A stretch of DNA of 64,000 nucleotides. Origin: Podarcis tiliguerta. Taxonomy: Eukaryota. This document shows positions 25,329 through 38,740 of the stretch, one piece after another. The DNA is taken from assembly GCA_965153285.1 (NCBI GenBank), contig OZ229125.1, one strand, 5' to 3'. The notes beneath the pieces are model-generated. The model saw nothing but the letters and a program-made list of their open reading frames with translations, searched no databases and had not been told where the DNA came from. How positions within the stretch are numbered: position 1 is the stretch's first letter; every line of letters begins with the position of its first letter. The position numbers and the translations under genes are program-made.

Positions 25329-27409
25329 AGTTAGCGTGTTGCAGCAAAAACAACAAAGTGCCTTATGGTGCCTCTACAAATCTCACTGTGACACAAGCTT
25401 TTGTGGAGTGGGAACTGGTTCATCCAATGTCTGAAGTGTAATGCTCAGTTGGCAGGTACTGGAAAAAATGTAGACGTTAAATGGCAATCAAACTTAAAAA
25501 GTACAATCTCTGACAATTAATGTATGCAAGGTAAGAATCAACAGCAGCAGTAATAGGTGATAACCCAGTCATTTTATCATTGCTGAGTTAAATGGGACAG
25601 AAAACCCTTTTCTCTCTTCAGACCTACATTTAGTCAAGGTCAGGAATGCTCAGATTATATTATCATAAATCCCTGCTGTTGTGAAGGATCACAAATGTAA
25701 CTTAGTGGGTGAAGGTTCAGGCATTCTGATACTAAGCTGATGCTGGGTGAAGTGTCAGGGAGCAGGGATGTGAGAGTCATTTGACAATATGAGCAATGAA
25801 TACTTAAAGGGGTTCCTGGTTATTAAAAGTTAGTTTGTGTTCCTTCTAAATTTATTCCAATATTATGTTAGTGGCCCGCTGATGAGAGAACCTGGGCCCC
25901 ACATTTTTTAGGGGGTGCTTCCTTGTTAGGCTATGTAAAAGCTTATTAAATCAACTGATTTTGAGAGGATTTTGCTTTTAAAACAATGTCATTGAACCAA
26001 CCTTTGATTTAGGTGCATATAGGCCAACTTTTTACATAGTTCATCAATTCAGCTGACTGGATCACATCCACACCATACATTCAAACACTTGGCTTTCCCT
26101 AAAGAATCTGCTCACAGAGCTACAGTTCTAAGCACCCTTAAGAAACTGCAGTTCCCAAGACTCTTGCAGGAAGTCATGTGATTTAAATGTGATCCTGTTG
26201 GAACACAAACAGACCATTTAAAAATTAAGTGCAACTGACAGAATAATTTTGGGCCAAGGGAGATGCTGAGGAACCATAATTTTTAGATTGGAAAGTGGGA
26301 AGGGTACAGCTTAAGAGTTTTGTGGGCTACTCTCAAGGAGAATCATGCCAAAGAATTTTTTGTTGGGGTGCCTCGTCTGGTTTTCCCATAACCGTTTCCA
26401 CCCACTCGCTGACCACACTCCGTGTGTAAGCTGCCACAAAGAGTTGCTTCTCAGAGAAGAGCTAGCCATACCTTCTGCCATGGATTGTAAAAACTGGAGG
26501 AAGTTGGGGGGTGCAGGTGTTGTTGAGGATATTAGTAAATCTATTCAGGAGGCAGGATACACCTTGCTCATTAATGAGAGGGGCTTGCTGCCACTTCTTC
26601 CTCTCTCATAAGAGAATCAGTGCCAACCAAAAGGTTTAAGCAGAGGAGACTGCCATGACCATGGCTGCCTGCTTGCTTAATTTCAGGAAAATAAGACCAG
26701 CTTAAGTGGAAAGTGCATGCAGAGCACAGCAGCTAAGTGTGAGAAGTTTGCACCGGAAAAATGCTAGTCCAACTCTCACCTCAGTTACACAAACATACGT
26801 ACTTGAGTGGCTTCTGATCGGTTACTGTTTCCTTAGCCTAAATATGCTGCAATACAGGGCTAACAGTGGCCTACCTTAAAAAGGGTTATGAAGCTTAAAA
26901 TATCCGAAGTGCTGTGAATGTAGATTGTAGGGCCCTCAGGGCAGAGACTGGCCCTTTTATCTCCTTCCTTATAGGTTTTTAAGCTGAGGTTGGATGGCCA
27001 TCTGTCCTGGAGTGGGTTGAGCTAGATACCTTCAAACTTTACAATGATTCCATGATTCTGCTGGTTGACTGAAAAGTAAGCCTGGCTAAGCTTGATGGGG
27101 GTTACTCTGAAGTAAATGTACTGTTGTTGGTTTTTAAGAACAGATAAAGCTAATACTCTGAAGTAATTCATTTCTGACCTTAGTATGCGGCCACCCACTT
27201 ACATAGTAGAAGTCTTACCAACTTATTATTAGATTCCCCCCACCACCACCCAAAAAAGACCCATGTGCTCAGGAGAAGTTCTTTTAAAAATATTTATTTT
27301 CATCAAATGAAATACTGATGCTTCCAATTGTTCTGGAAACCATCTAGAGGGGAAACATTCTTTACAAACCCAGGAGGAAGCTAGGGGCGGAGGAACAGTG
27401 CAGCTTCAG

Positions 27410-27600
27410 ATCTAAAAAAATGGAAGTGTTTTCTTTTTTTAAATGATTTTGTTTTTTGGTGGGGTGGAGGGGTGGTGTTTTCTATGTATTGTTAATTTTT
27501 ATTTTTTGCTTCTTTTTTCTCTTCTTATTTTATTGTATATTGTCTTTTTAAATTTTTCTTGTACTTTTGAAAATTGGAATAAATATTATTTTTTTAAAAA
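27410..27600 (+). mobile_element. 5'-truncated retroposed insert with 19-bp TSD
   Basis: AGGAACAGTGCAGCTTCAG at 27391-27409 and 27601-27619. T-rich body with AATAAA at 27578-27583. Confidence 0.75.
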
Positions 27601-27684
27601 AGGAACAGTGCAGCTTCAGGAGGGTTTTTTTTGGGGGGGGGCTTGTCCACCTAAAATGAAGTCCTCTTGACCCCAAGATAAGAT

Positions 27685-28200
27685 GCGAGGCTCCCCCCTC
27701 TGCCTGGCAGCCAATGGCGAGGCTCCCCCCGGCCTTCTCGGCTTGCCATTGGCCCGGCCTGCGGGGGCCCGCCCCTTCCTGGTTCGGCCTCATGCATATG
27801 CATGAGTTCCCTCCCTCCGTGTGGCGAGCGAGAGGCGAGGCGAGCCGAGTGGCGGCGGCGGCGGCTCCCCGCCATGCCCGCCTCCCCCCGCCCCTCCTGC
27901 CTGGGCCCGCCATGAGAGGAGGATGGCCATGTCGGTGAGCCCCGACGAGGACGACTACGACTCGGAGCGGGAGCCCGAGCACGACCAGGTCGGCGGAGCC
28001 GGGGGGGGGGAGGGGGGCTTCTCAAAGGCAAAGTTTGAAGGGGGGGGGAGGGGGCTTTCCAAGAAGGCCGAGGGTCCCTCTGTGCAAGATGCGGGGGGGG
28101 GGGGAGGGCGTCGTCGGGGGGGGGAGACAATGTAGCCCCTGCCTGCATCCCCCCCCCCGCCCCTTGCCAGGAAGGAAGCCTCCAAACGGGGAGGGGGCGG
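27685..28200 (+). promoter_or_regulatory. KDM2B: Intragenic CpG island / alternative promoter of KDM2B short form
   Basis: Abrupt GC- and CpG-rich segment in a CpG-poor background. CCAAT at 27711-27715, inverted CCAAT at 27748-27752 and GC box at ~27768-27775 precede the alternative first exon. Confidence 0.85.
27923..27988 (+). CDS. KDM2B: Alternative first coding exon of JmjC-less short isoform (KDM2B-SF)
   Basis: ATG...CAG|gtcggc, 22 codons, MAMSVSPDEDDYDSEREPEHDQ. Resembles the mammalian short-form N-terminus as I recall it (MAMSVSAEDDDYESEPDQ). Phase 0 joins the CxxC exon. Confidence 0.9.
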
Positions 28201-31200
28201 GGAGCATCCCTCCTTGTGTCAGCATAAAGCAAACGGTGGGGGGGGGGGGGAAGGCTTTTGTGCTCCAAGAAAGGGCTCCTCGGGAACTTATTCTTGCCCC
28301 CTTGCTGAAAGAAAGGAGAGGAAGTCAGAAAGAGGTGTCTTGAACCCCAGGCACCCATTGTTGGTGTAGCTTTGAAATTGACATTTTATGCAGCCTTTTG
28401 CTAATCCAAAGGTTTGTGGATTGAGCTTGGGGGGCGGGCGGGGGAGGCCGTAGATCCCAGGTGCTGTTTTATATGGATGAGCTGCGCCTATGGGGAGGGT
28501 GAATGGATCTGAGCTGCTCCATATAATAGGGCTTCCATTCAGCTCTGGGACTAATCCTGTCCCAAGTGCTGGCTTTGCTCCGCTCTCTCCAGTTTACAAA
28601 ACAAAACAGCAGCTTAAAAGTTAACAAATGTTTTTGTGGCATGAAGTTTTGCAGGCTACAAGGCTACTGCTTCTGAGTCCATCATATTAAGGGTGTGAGC
28701 CCAGGAACAAGCCACATTGAACACTGTTGGGTTTGCTTATGATTAAACATGCATAGGCTGAGCACAGTGTACCTTGCTGCCTTATTCACATTTATGCATA
28801 AGCAAGTTGCACTGATTTCAGCAAACTTTACTCTCTGGCAAGGATTGCTGCCCATTTACTTGGACAGCCTGATCTTATGCATGATCTGTACTTCTCTGCA
28901 CACTTTCTGAGGAACAAGGCACTCTGAACACAGTGGAGTTTGCTTCCAAATAAACCTGCTGTAACATGTACTCAGGCCCAGAAATTCTCACATCACTGTA
29001 AACGACTTTTAAATTGTCATAGGACCTGCTGTTGCATATTGAAGACTAATGGCATATGGCCTTGAACCCTCTGCATTTATGTAATTTACCACATCTATTA
29101 ACAACAGTTCTCAGTGTGGCTTACCACACATATTAATTGATAAAAGACCAGCGCTAAAATAAAAAAGAACAACAAAGTAAAATAGAAATAATATATTCAG
29201 TCGCTTCAACAAAAAGCCACCAAATGCCCTGGCAATTAACAAGGTTCCTACTTTGCAGCTAAACACCATTAAGGTGGGTGTCAGGCAAATGAGTGTTGAG
29301 AAGGGAGTTTCAGGGATGAGGAGCTGCCACCTGCAGACCTTGTCACTGGTAACCACAAAGTTCTAGGTCTCAAGTGAATAATGTAAGCAGTCAGGTAGCC
29401 GGGGTTTATGTGCTGATTGACAGCTGGAATTGGAAGTGAGTGTTACTGTTGTGTAATTTTTAGCAACATAGAAGATCAGGCTTCGGTGCAGTGGATGGAT
29501 TTGACACACTTAATAAACTGGTTAGAAGACTTTCCTTTGTTCTATGTAATCATCATCGTCATCTGCTTCAAATGTGTTGTGAAATTGTATAGATCTTCTT
29601 GAACAACTCCCAAAAATGCAATGTCTTTTTAAACAATTCTTTTTAATAGCAAAATAAATTGTAAATTGTTGCTTCAGATGGTCATGAGAGTGGGGATGAA
29701 AAATGAACTGATCATTAAATAACCCAGAGCATGTGTTATAGGGGGTTTATTTTGCTCCATTGTAGACCTACTTCAGAAATATGAAAGAAGCACAGGGGCT
29801 GCTTTTTGTGTGTGTGCGTCTGCGCGTCTGCACACACACACACACAGAGACACTTTCAGACACTTCAGGCATTGCAGGAGATTGGACTAGACGGCCCTTG
29901 GGGTCTCTTCCCCCTCTACAATTCTAATTCACACATGACATTTTCAGGCCTACATTCAAAAGAGTAAAGTGAGGGGAAACCTTTGCTTGCAGATCTGCAT
30001 TATGTATACTGTGGAGTTAGACCATTGGTCTGGCTATTTCAGTTCTGTCCAGGGTGTCTGATGGGGGCCTCTCCCAGCCCTCCCTGGGAGATTGAGCTCA
30101 TGCAAAACATCTGCTCTCCCACTGAGCTATGGCCGCTGCCTTTCTTACTTGCTGCAGTTGCTTACCCAATGTACAGTCAGTAGCAGTCATAGTCAGCTAC
30201 TGTGCAATGTATGAACAGGCTGCTCTTATGCTGTGTTAACATAGGTTTTACATTTTTCTTTTTTTCCTTCCTGCTGGGCGCCACTGCTCCAATTCTGTTT
30301 GTTGCCTTGACTAATGGTCTGTGGTAGTTACCTTGCTTCTGTAACAATGACGAGTCGCAGTTTTAAAATAACTGCCTGGGGCTTCCCTGAAAGAGGAACA
30401 TTCTTTCACTTAATAAAATGTAAAATGAAACTTGTAACAACTTTTACTTTAATGGCTCGTTTTATGTCATGTACCCAAAAGTGCAATTCTGTGCATGTTT
30501 ACTCGGAAGTGAGCCCCTCTGTGTTCAGTGACGCTTACTTCCAAGGGTGTCTTGAATAGAAGTTCTGATCAAAATAATAGAGCCCTGTAACACCTTTAAC
30601 CTGGGGTCCACTTCATCAGAAGCAAGTATAATCCTCATCTGGCAGGTATTTGGGAAGAATGTTGGAAGTTAAATGGCAACAGAATGCTAAAAATATGGCC
30701 TGACAATTCTTTTGGAGCTCAGTAAGAGAGGCGACCCTTCCCAACAGTTGTAACTGGTGATGCCCTTAAAATCAGTCGCCTACCAGGACATCAACTTGGC
30801 TTAGGATGGCTGTAAAAGGAAATTCCAGTGTGAAATTGCTGAATTACATTTTCCAAGAAATTCAGTTTGGATGGAGATGATGGTTTCCTCTTCCATTACA
30901 GGTGTTAATTTACCTAGCAATGGTAAGATGTTTGGGCCATCACCAATTACTGCCATTGTGAAAGGTCACGGTTTTAATGTTGCCTGCATTTAGCTGTGGC
31001 TGTGTTGTCACAGACCATCGATTCCACGAAAGCTTAAGCCAGACTTCACATGGTTTTCCCTCCTGGAAATAGGAGTCTCTGAATGTCCGTTGTTGGCCTA
31101 TATGATGTCTAGTGACTTTTGTGTCAGACTGGCACTGGGTGCTTAGACTCAGGGCCTAACCTACCTTGCAGGGATGTGGCGACAATAAAAGTGGGCAGAG

Positions 31201-31349
31201 AGGCATGGAAGCTGCTCTGAGTGCTTTTGAGAAAAGGTTGGATAAACGATGTAGTAAATAAAAGAGGTGTAGAATCACGAACCATAGTTTGCATGATGTG
31301 AGTGTAATTTTACCCACTTCAGTAAAAGTTTCTATGAGTACTGAAAAGT

Positions 31350-32480
31350 CCTCTCACCCCACAGTGATACTTTACTCTCCCAATTAACAATTAAAGGCTT
31401 GGGCAAGCAAAAAATAGTCTGGTGCTTAAAAGCAAAGATGGTGCCGGGAGTCCTTTCACAAACAGGGAGCCACCCCTGAGAAGGCCTGTCTTTGTGCTGC
31501 TGCCACCCTCTGCTCCTCCCTTGAAAGAGGCATGCAGAGAAGGGCCTTGGTATGATAAGGTTCATATGGGAAGAGGTGGCCCCTGAAATACTGAGTCCCT
31601 GAACTGCATAAAACTTTATAGGTCAAAACCAGCACTTTGAGTTGAGCTGGGAAATTAATTGGTAGCCCGTGCAGTGATGCCAATTTAGTGCTGTAAATTC
31701 ATACTGCCTTATTCCGGTCAGCAATCTGGCTGCTGAATTCTGCACTAGCTGCAGTTTCCAAGCAGTCTTCAAAGGCTGTCCCAGGTAGAGCACGTTGCAG
31801 AAATCTAACCTAGCGGGTACCAGAGAGTAGACATCAGAAGATAGGGTGACAACTGGGCCACCAGTCTAAGCTGGTGAAAGGTGCTGTGGGCCACCAATGT
31901 CATTTGTGCCTTGTAATAGACCCAGAAGTACCCTCAGGCTACAGAGCACCTCCTTCAGGGGAAGTGTAACACCCTTCTGAACAAGCTGAACCTCACCTGT
32001 CCCGGCTAGGGAACCACTTGCTAAGAGCGCCTCAGCCCTTACCTAAATTAAGCTTCAGTTCATTGGCTCCCATCCAGTCCATTACCAGTGCCAGGCCCCA
32101 GTCTAGCACATCCATTGATACGTGTGCAGACATAAAGGAGAAGCAGAGCTATTTTTCATCCACATACCGCTGACAATGTACCCCAAAACGCTGGATGACC
32201 CCACTCAGTGGTTTCATGTTAACAGCATAGGGGGTAAAATTGCCCCCTGTGAGACCCCTGAACAACTCTCCCCAAGGACCACTATTAAGGAGTGGGCATC
32301 CAGGAAGGAGTACAGCCACCGCAAAGCAGTGCCACCCACCCCCAGCCTAGACAGCCACTCCAGAGGGATTCTGGAAGCTGCTGAAAATCAAGGAGAATCC
32401 GAGGGAAACACTTCCCAATTTCTCTCCAGACAAAGATAGTCATGCAGGGTAACCAAAGCAATTTCCAGGCCAAAACTTGA
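31350..32480 (-). mobile_element. Decayed L2-type LINE ORF2 fragment
   Basis: LHGLPINFPAQLKVLVLTYKVL and related RT C-terminal remnants. Smaller relatives at ~33240-33590 (-), ~37290-37530 (-) and ~37550-37830 (+). Confidence 0.7.
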
Positions 32481-32671
32481 CCCAAATCTTAATTTAAATG
32501 GCCAGCACTGGTGGGCCTTGGCAGGGTTTGAGGACCCCGGAAAATTCTGAAGGATGCCTTGTTCTGGTGCCCGGCCTTGTAAGCCAGTTCCTTGCAGCCT
32601 CTGTCCCTGTATCTGCAAACTAGGGATAATGATTAGAATATGATTATCCTTGCTCATAAGGTAAGGATTGA

Positions 32672-32992
<321 letters not shown>

Positions 32993-35803
32993 TGATTGAG
33001 AATCACCTTTAGGTGACAATCCTGGAAATGTTCTGGCAAAATTGGTGCTCACAGACCACAAATCATGAACCTAGGAGGCAGGCTAGTTCAAATGCAGGCA
33101 AATAATAATAATAAAAATTTACATAATAAAAATTTACAGATTTTTTTAAAGTGCTAGAAACAGGGGGGAAAACAATAGTTAAAAAACAATTAAATAGTGA
33201 TAGAACTAGAACTATCCTTATCTAGCTATTTAAACCATACAAATAACAACAATTAAAATGCACCACACCAGCCCTTTCATTAGAAGCAATCAGTTCCCAA
33301 AACCTCTTGGAACAAAAGAGTCTTCACCTGCTGGCAGGACGACAAGGAGGAGGGAGCTAGTCTGCCTTCTTCAGGGAGGGGTTCCAAAGTCTGGGAGCAG
33401 CCACCAAGAAGGCCCTCTCCCACATCCCCACCAAGTGTGCCTGTTCAGGTGGCCCAGGGCAGGTTCATATGGGAAAAGATGGACCGTCAGTTAGCCTGGA
33501 CCTAAGCTGTATAAGGGCTTTATAGGTCACAAGCAGCATTTTGAATTGTGCTGGGAAACAGACCAGTAGCCATTGGAGCTGTTGTAGCAAGTGAGTTATG
33601 TCCTCATATATTTATTACATTTTAACATTTCTTTAAAAAACTGCTTTCCTAATGTGTCTGAGTTTGCACCGAGTGTTCTGTTGTAGAACTTGAATTTCCT
33701 CACTGGAGAAAGGCAGAGAGCTGTTACCGGGATTTCTAGGTTTCTTGATTGCAAAGCATCGGAACGTATGAAGCTGCCACAGAGCATGCCTTGATCCATA
33801 TAGCTCAGCTCTGTCTACCCTGACTAGCAGTGTCTCCCCAGGGCTTCAGGTAGAGGCGCCCTCAGCCCTAACTGGAGATGCCAGGGATTGAACTAGGGAC
33901 CTCCTGCATGCAAAACAGTTGCTCTACGCCTGAACTGCAGCCCCTTCCCCTTAAATGTGCTCCATTGAACTGAGCAATGGCGTTACACCTCTGGGTACAA
34001 ATTCTGTTCAACCATGGACTCTCTGGATCAACTTGTCCTGTGTTGCTCCTCTATGAAACCATCACAATAATAGCTTGTTCCCTGCTTATTAGGATGGGGG
34101 GGGGGTCTGGTTAAATGAGAGGTTGCACCAGAAGCAGTGTTTCTCAAACTTGGTTCCCCCAGCTGCTGTTAGACTACAAGTCCCATCATCCCTAGCTAGC
34201 AGGACTAGTGGTCAGGGATGATGGGAGTAGAGCTGGACAATACCTGGTTTTCAACATCACGATACATCACCAGCTACAGTAAAATCAGTGATATGCTGAT
34301 ATATCACAATGTCTGAAATGTATCTCGGCTGCTTCTTCCTCCCCACGTACAGTTCCCTGTCCCTGCTAAAGAGCACAATCTTGCTGGGAAAATCTCCTGG
34401 GCGTTTGTTGGGGGCTGTCTTGAGGAGACAAGTGCCTGTTCATATCAGTGGCGCTTGCCCAAGGGTGAGTTCCAGTGGCTCCTTCGAAGCAATATCACGA
34501 CTCTTGTGCAACTTCGCCTTATCTTTGTGTTCTTTTCTTCTTGAATAATCCCAGTCTTTAAAGCTACTTGTCTCTCTAGTGAGGGATTTCAATCCATGTT
34601 CCATTATCTGATGTAGGATTTTATTCATGTGAATTACCTTCTAAAAGCATCTCCTTTTTAGAACTCTCCAAGCTGTAGAATCGGCTTACCGAAAAGGGGT
34701 GATTTATAATCCTTTCTTTTAATCATTATTGCTTTTCCACTGACAGCGCCTTTGTTTCTTTTTCTCCCCGCTCTCTTTTGTCATAAGACTTGTAACAGAT
34801 TGCAGCAGCCCATGTTTGCATTTGTGTCTCCATAATGTAAGGGCAATTAATTAAGTGACCTTCAGCACCTGAGTTGCTGGGCACAGGGATGTTGCAGAAA
34901 GCAGAAGAAATGTAGAGTCTTGTGCAAAACCTGGTAATGGTCACATCTCTGAATGCTAGGAATCCTTAACTGACATCCTTGGATTATAACTAAGGCTGCA
35001 GCCTTGAATTAATTTTACAGCGTAGTCTTATACATGCCCACTCAGAAGAAAGTCTCATTGAACTTCCTGGGGCTTATTCCCAGGTAAGGGGTTATAGGTT
35101 TGCAGGCTAAAAAGGTCTCCCCTATTAAAAATAATATTTATTAAAACTGCAAATGCTACCCACTATCCTAAAATCTGCCACTCTTAATCTGAGTGGTCTA
35201 TTTTCATAATCTTAAAAAATGAAAGTAAATTTTATTATGCTGGTCAGTGTTTCATTACACTTTCGTGTATAGGCAGCCCCCTGTTTTCGCACCTTCAATA
35301 TATGCATGGCCATTTATATACATGCATCGTGCAAAACCTGGAAGTGACTTGGAAATGTCATAAAGACATCACTAAAAGGGTGGAGTGTTTGCAGGTCTTT
35401 TCAATTATATGTGATTTCACCAACACTTGCAGTGCCTCGGAGCGTAACTCCTGCGTAACCTGGGTGCTACCTGTACTTTTAAAAATGATAACTTCAGAAA
35501 GAGAGGCATTATCACCCTCTTCCCTACCAAAGGAGACATGCCTCTTCAAGTATATTGCTTAATTCACTGGCTCATATTTCTGCAATTAAATGAGCTGGTG
35601 TGGTGTTGCAGACTGTGGAACTAGGAACAGGGAAACCCACTTTAGGATCCCCTCCCGGAGTGATCTTGGGCCAGACACTGTCTCCCAGCCTAACAGGGTT
35701 GTTGTGAGGATAAGTTGGGATGGATGGGAGAAAGAGATTTGTGCCTGCACCCTTAAACTCTGTAGGGAAGGTGGCATACGAACGTAGTTAACACACCTAA
35801 TTA

Positions 35804-35971
35804 CCGTATTTTTCGCTCTATAACACGCACCAGACCATAACACGCACATAGTTTTTAGAGGAGGAAAATCCGTAGGCATGCCACCCGTAGGCATTCCCTC
35901 CATAACACGCACAGACATTTCCCCTTACTTTCTAGGAGAAAAAAAGTGAGTGTTATGGTGCAAAAATACGG
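35804..35971 (-). mobile_element. CCGTA-TIR MITE, short subfamily A derivative
   Basis: Both TIRs and TA present; 168 bp with the interior deleted. Confidence 0.85.
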
Positions 35972-36760
35972 TATAGCCTGTGCTTTTCAGTTAGATTATG
36001 TGTTTAGAAAGCTATATCTTGATTTCTTTTAAAAACCCAGAGCCCTAAGAATACATTTTTAAAATAACTGAGCAATATTTATTTATTTTTATTTGAACAA
36101 TTTATATACTGCTTAACTACCATCTTCTCTAACCAGTGTACAGAAAATACAGTTTGGAAAAGGTAATCATACTTCAGTTAAAATGTCTGCTAAAGTAAGA
36201 AAAAAAATCTTCAGTAGGCACTGGAATATATATGAAACAATCTTAAAACCATCTTAAAAAAAGTTTGTACCATCCAGTAATATTGGTAAAGCTGAGCTTT
36301 TATATGGCACATATTAATAGAGTGCCTGTCTTGGCCGTAGCTGCAATAGCAGCCCTTTTGGGTGGGTCAGTATTAGCATCACCAGAAGGGAGCTGAGGCT
36401 GAGAGGTGATGGCTTGCCAAAGGCAAACTAGCAAGCTTGCAGCCGAGCAACTGTGCTATTGGCTGCCACACCAGCTCTCAATGAATTATTTTTAAACTGC
36501 TTTTATGTAAAACAGTCAAAGTGACTTACAAGGGGCAAACAAATGGAAGAGAAAACCAGGTGAAACAAAATACTAAAATAGTAGCATTAAATAATCATAT
36601 TGAAATGACAAATGAAGAGCAGCAGACATAAAGTTCCTTAAAACCAACAGATCGGTCTGAAATGCTTTGAAACATGAGCGCAAGATGATCACCAATCCAG
36701 GCAATGATTGAAGTTTCCAAACTTCCACAGGTGACACATTTGTAGCAGGTTAACTATTAT

Positions 36761-37120
36761 GGGACATGGGTGGTGCTGTGGTCTAAACCACTGAGTCTAG
36801 GGCTTGCTGATCAGAAGGTCGGCGGTTCGAATCCCCGCAACGGGGTGAGCTTCTGTTGTTCAGTCCCTGCTCCTGCCAACCTAGCAGTTTGAAAGCACAC
36901 CAGAGTGCAAGTAGATAAATAGGTACCGCTCCGGCGGGAAGGTAAACGGCATTTCCATGCGCTGCTCTGGTTCGCTAGAAGTGGCTTAGTCATGCTGGCC
37001 ACATGACCTGGAATAACTGTCTGCGGACAAACGTCGGCTCCCTCAGCCAGGAAAGCGAGATGAGTGTCGCAACCCCAGAGTCATTCGCGACTGGACAACT
37101 GTCAGGGGTCCTTTACCTTT
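36761..37120 (+). mobile_element. Sauria-type SINE with 11-bp TSD
   Basis: TSD TTAACTATTAT on both flanks. Confidence 0.9.
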
Positions 37121-38584
37121 TTAACTATTATTTTATTATCTATTGAATTTGTTCATTGCTTAATCTTGCCCAGGGCAACCCAAAGCAACTCACAAGTGGA
37201 CAGATAGACCAAATTCCCTCCTAGATATATTAAAGCCAAGATAAAAAGATAAATATATATAAAACATTTGCCTCCTTCTAAAAGGCCATAGACACTTAGA
37301 GGCCAAAGGACTGGTCACAGAGGAACATTTTCACCAGGTGCCTAAAGAACTGTAACGGAGGCACTAGGTGAGCCTCCCTGGGGAGAACATTCCACAAGCG
37401 GGAGCCACTGCAGAAAAGGCCCGTTCTCGTGTCGCCATCCTCCAGACCTCTCATGGAAGAGGCACACAAAGAAGGGCCTCATGGGATAATCACAGGGTCC
37501 AGGTCAGTTCCTATGGGGAGAGGTGGTCCTTGAGCTTTTTTAAGATTTCATAGCCTGGAAGTCCCTCCCTCCTTGCCTTCCTTCTGCCAGCAGGTGAAGA
37601 CATTCATGTTCCAACAGGTCTGGGGTAATGAAGGGGCTGGTGTTGTGCTATTTTTATTATAATGATTGGTATGGCTTTCATAGATTTTATATGTGTGTAT
37701 GGTTTTACTTTGATCAATGTTTAATGGCTTTTTAATTATTTTTCTATGTTTTTCTGATTTTCATTTTTATATCTAAGCCGCCTTGTGCCCCATTAAGGGA
37801 AAAGGCGGGGTGTAAATAAACATAATAATACTTAAACTGTTGTATGTGTGAAGAAGCCCTTCTGCTTCACTTGCTTTAAAATGCCCTCCAGGACTGGAGT
37901 GATCTCTCTTTTATTGATTGACAGTCAGCTCTCAGTTCTTGAGATCTTTCCTCCAAGATGTCCATTGCCTTGGCAAGAGCAGACGCACGAGGCAGGGTGC
38001 ATCAGTTGGGACCCCTAGTTCGGGCTACAGAAGCAATTGGAGCAGAATCATAGAACTATATAAGCATAGAGTTGGAATTGGAAGGGACCCATGGGTCATC
38101 TAGTCCAACCCCCTGCAATGCAGAAAGAACTGCCTTTCTAACAGTTGCTTTCCAGAACAGCCAACTTTAAGTTGCTCAGAACACTGGTCCAACACAGAGC
38201 CTAAGTGAGCCCCGCACCACCACAGCTCTGAGCTGGAAGCCAGGCTATGGGGGCTAGTTTTTGCAACAGCAGAATCTCCCACCTCAGCAGGAGGCACAGA
38301 GCTTGGCATGTTTTCCTGGTCTCATTTCAGAGGTTGGGGACAAGGCCCTGCCCCACCCCAGATTTGCCAGCCCCTGTTCCTCTGTGTGTGATGTTACGAT
38401 AACGCCTTGGCGGGCATAGAATCGCAGAATCAGAAACACATTGGGCTTCTCAGGCCTTTACAAGAACCAGCCACAGAAGGTGCTGCGGGCCGAGAGGATG
38501 GGGAGGTTTCACAGGTGTCTGTGCTGATAGGTTGCTGCCTGTTTCCTGATCTCTGCTCCTTTCCTCCTGTTTGTGTGTGTTTAG

Positions 38585-38740
<156 letters not shown>

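Noticed and set aside
24856-25434. 192-aa ORF
   Set aside because: It overlaps a GC-rich probable hAT remnant and has no recognisable domain.
27651-28358. 235-aa Pro/Arg/Gly-rich minus-strand ORF and neighbours
   Set aside because: Expected from stop-poor, GC-rich CpG-island sequence with low complexity.
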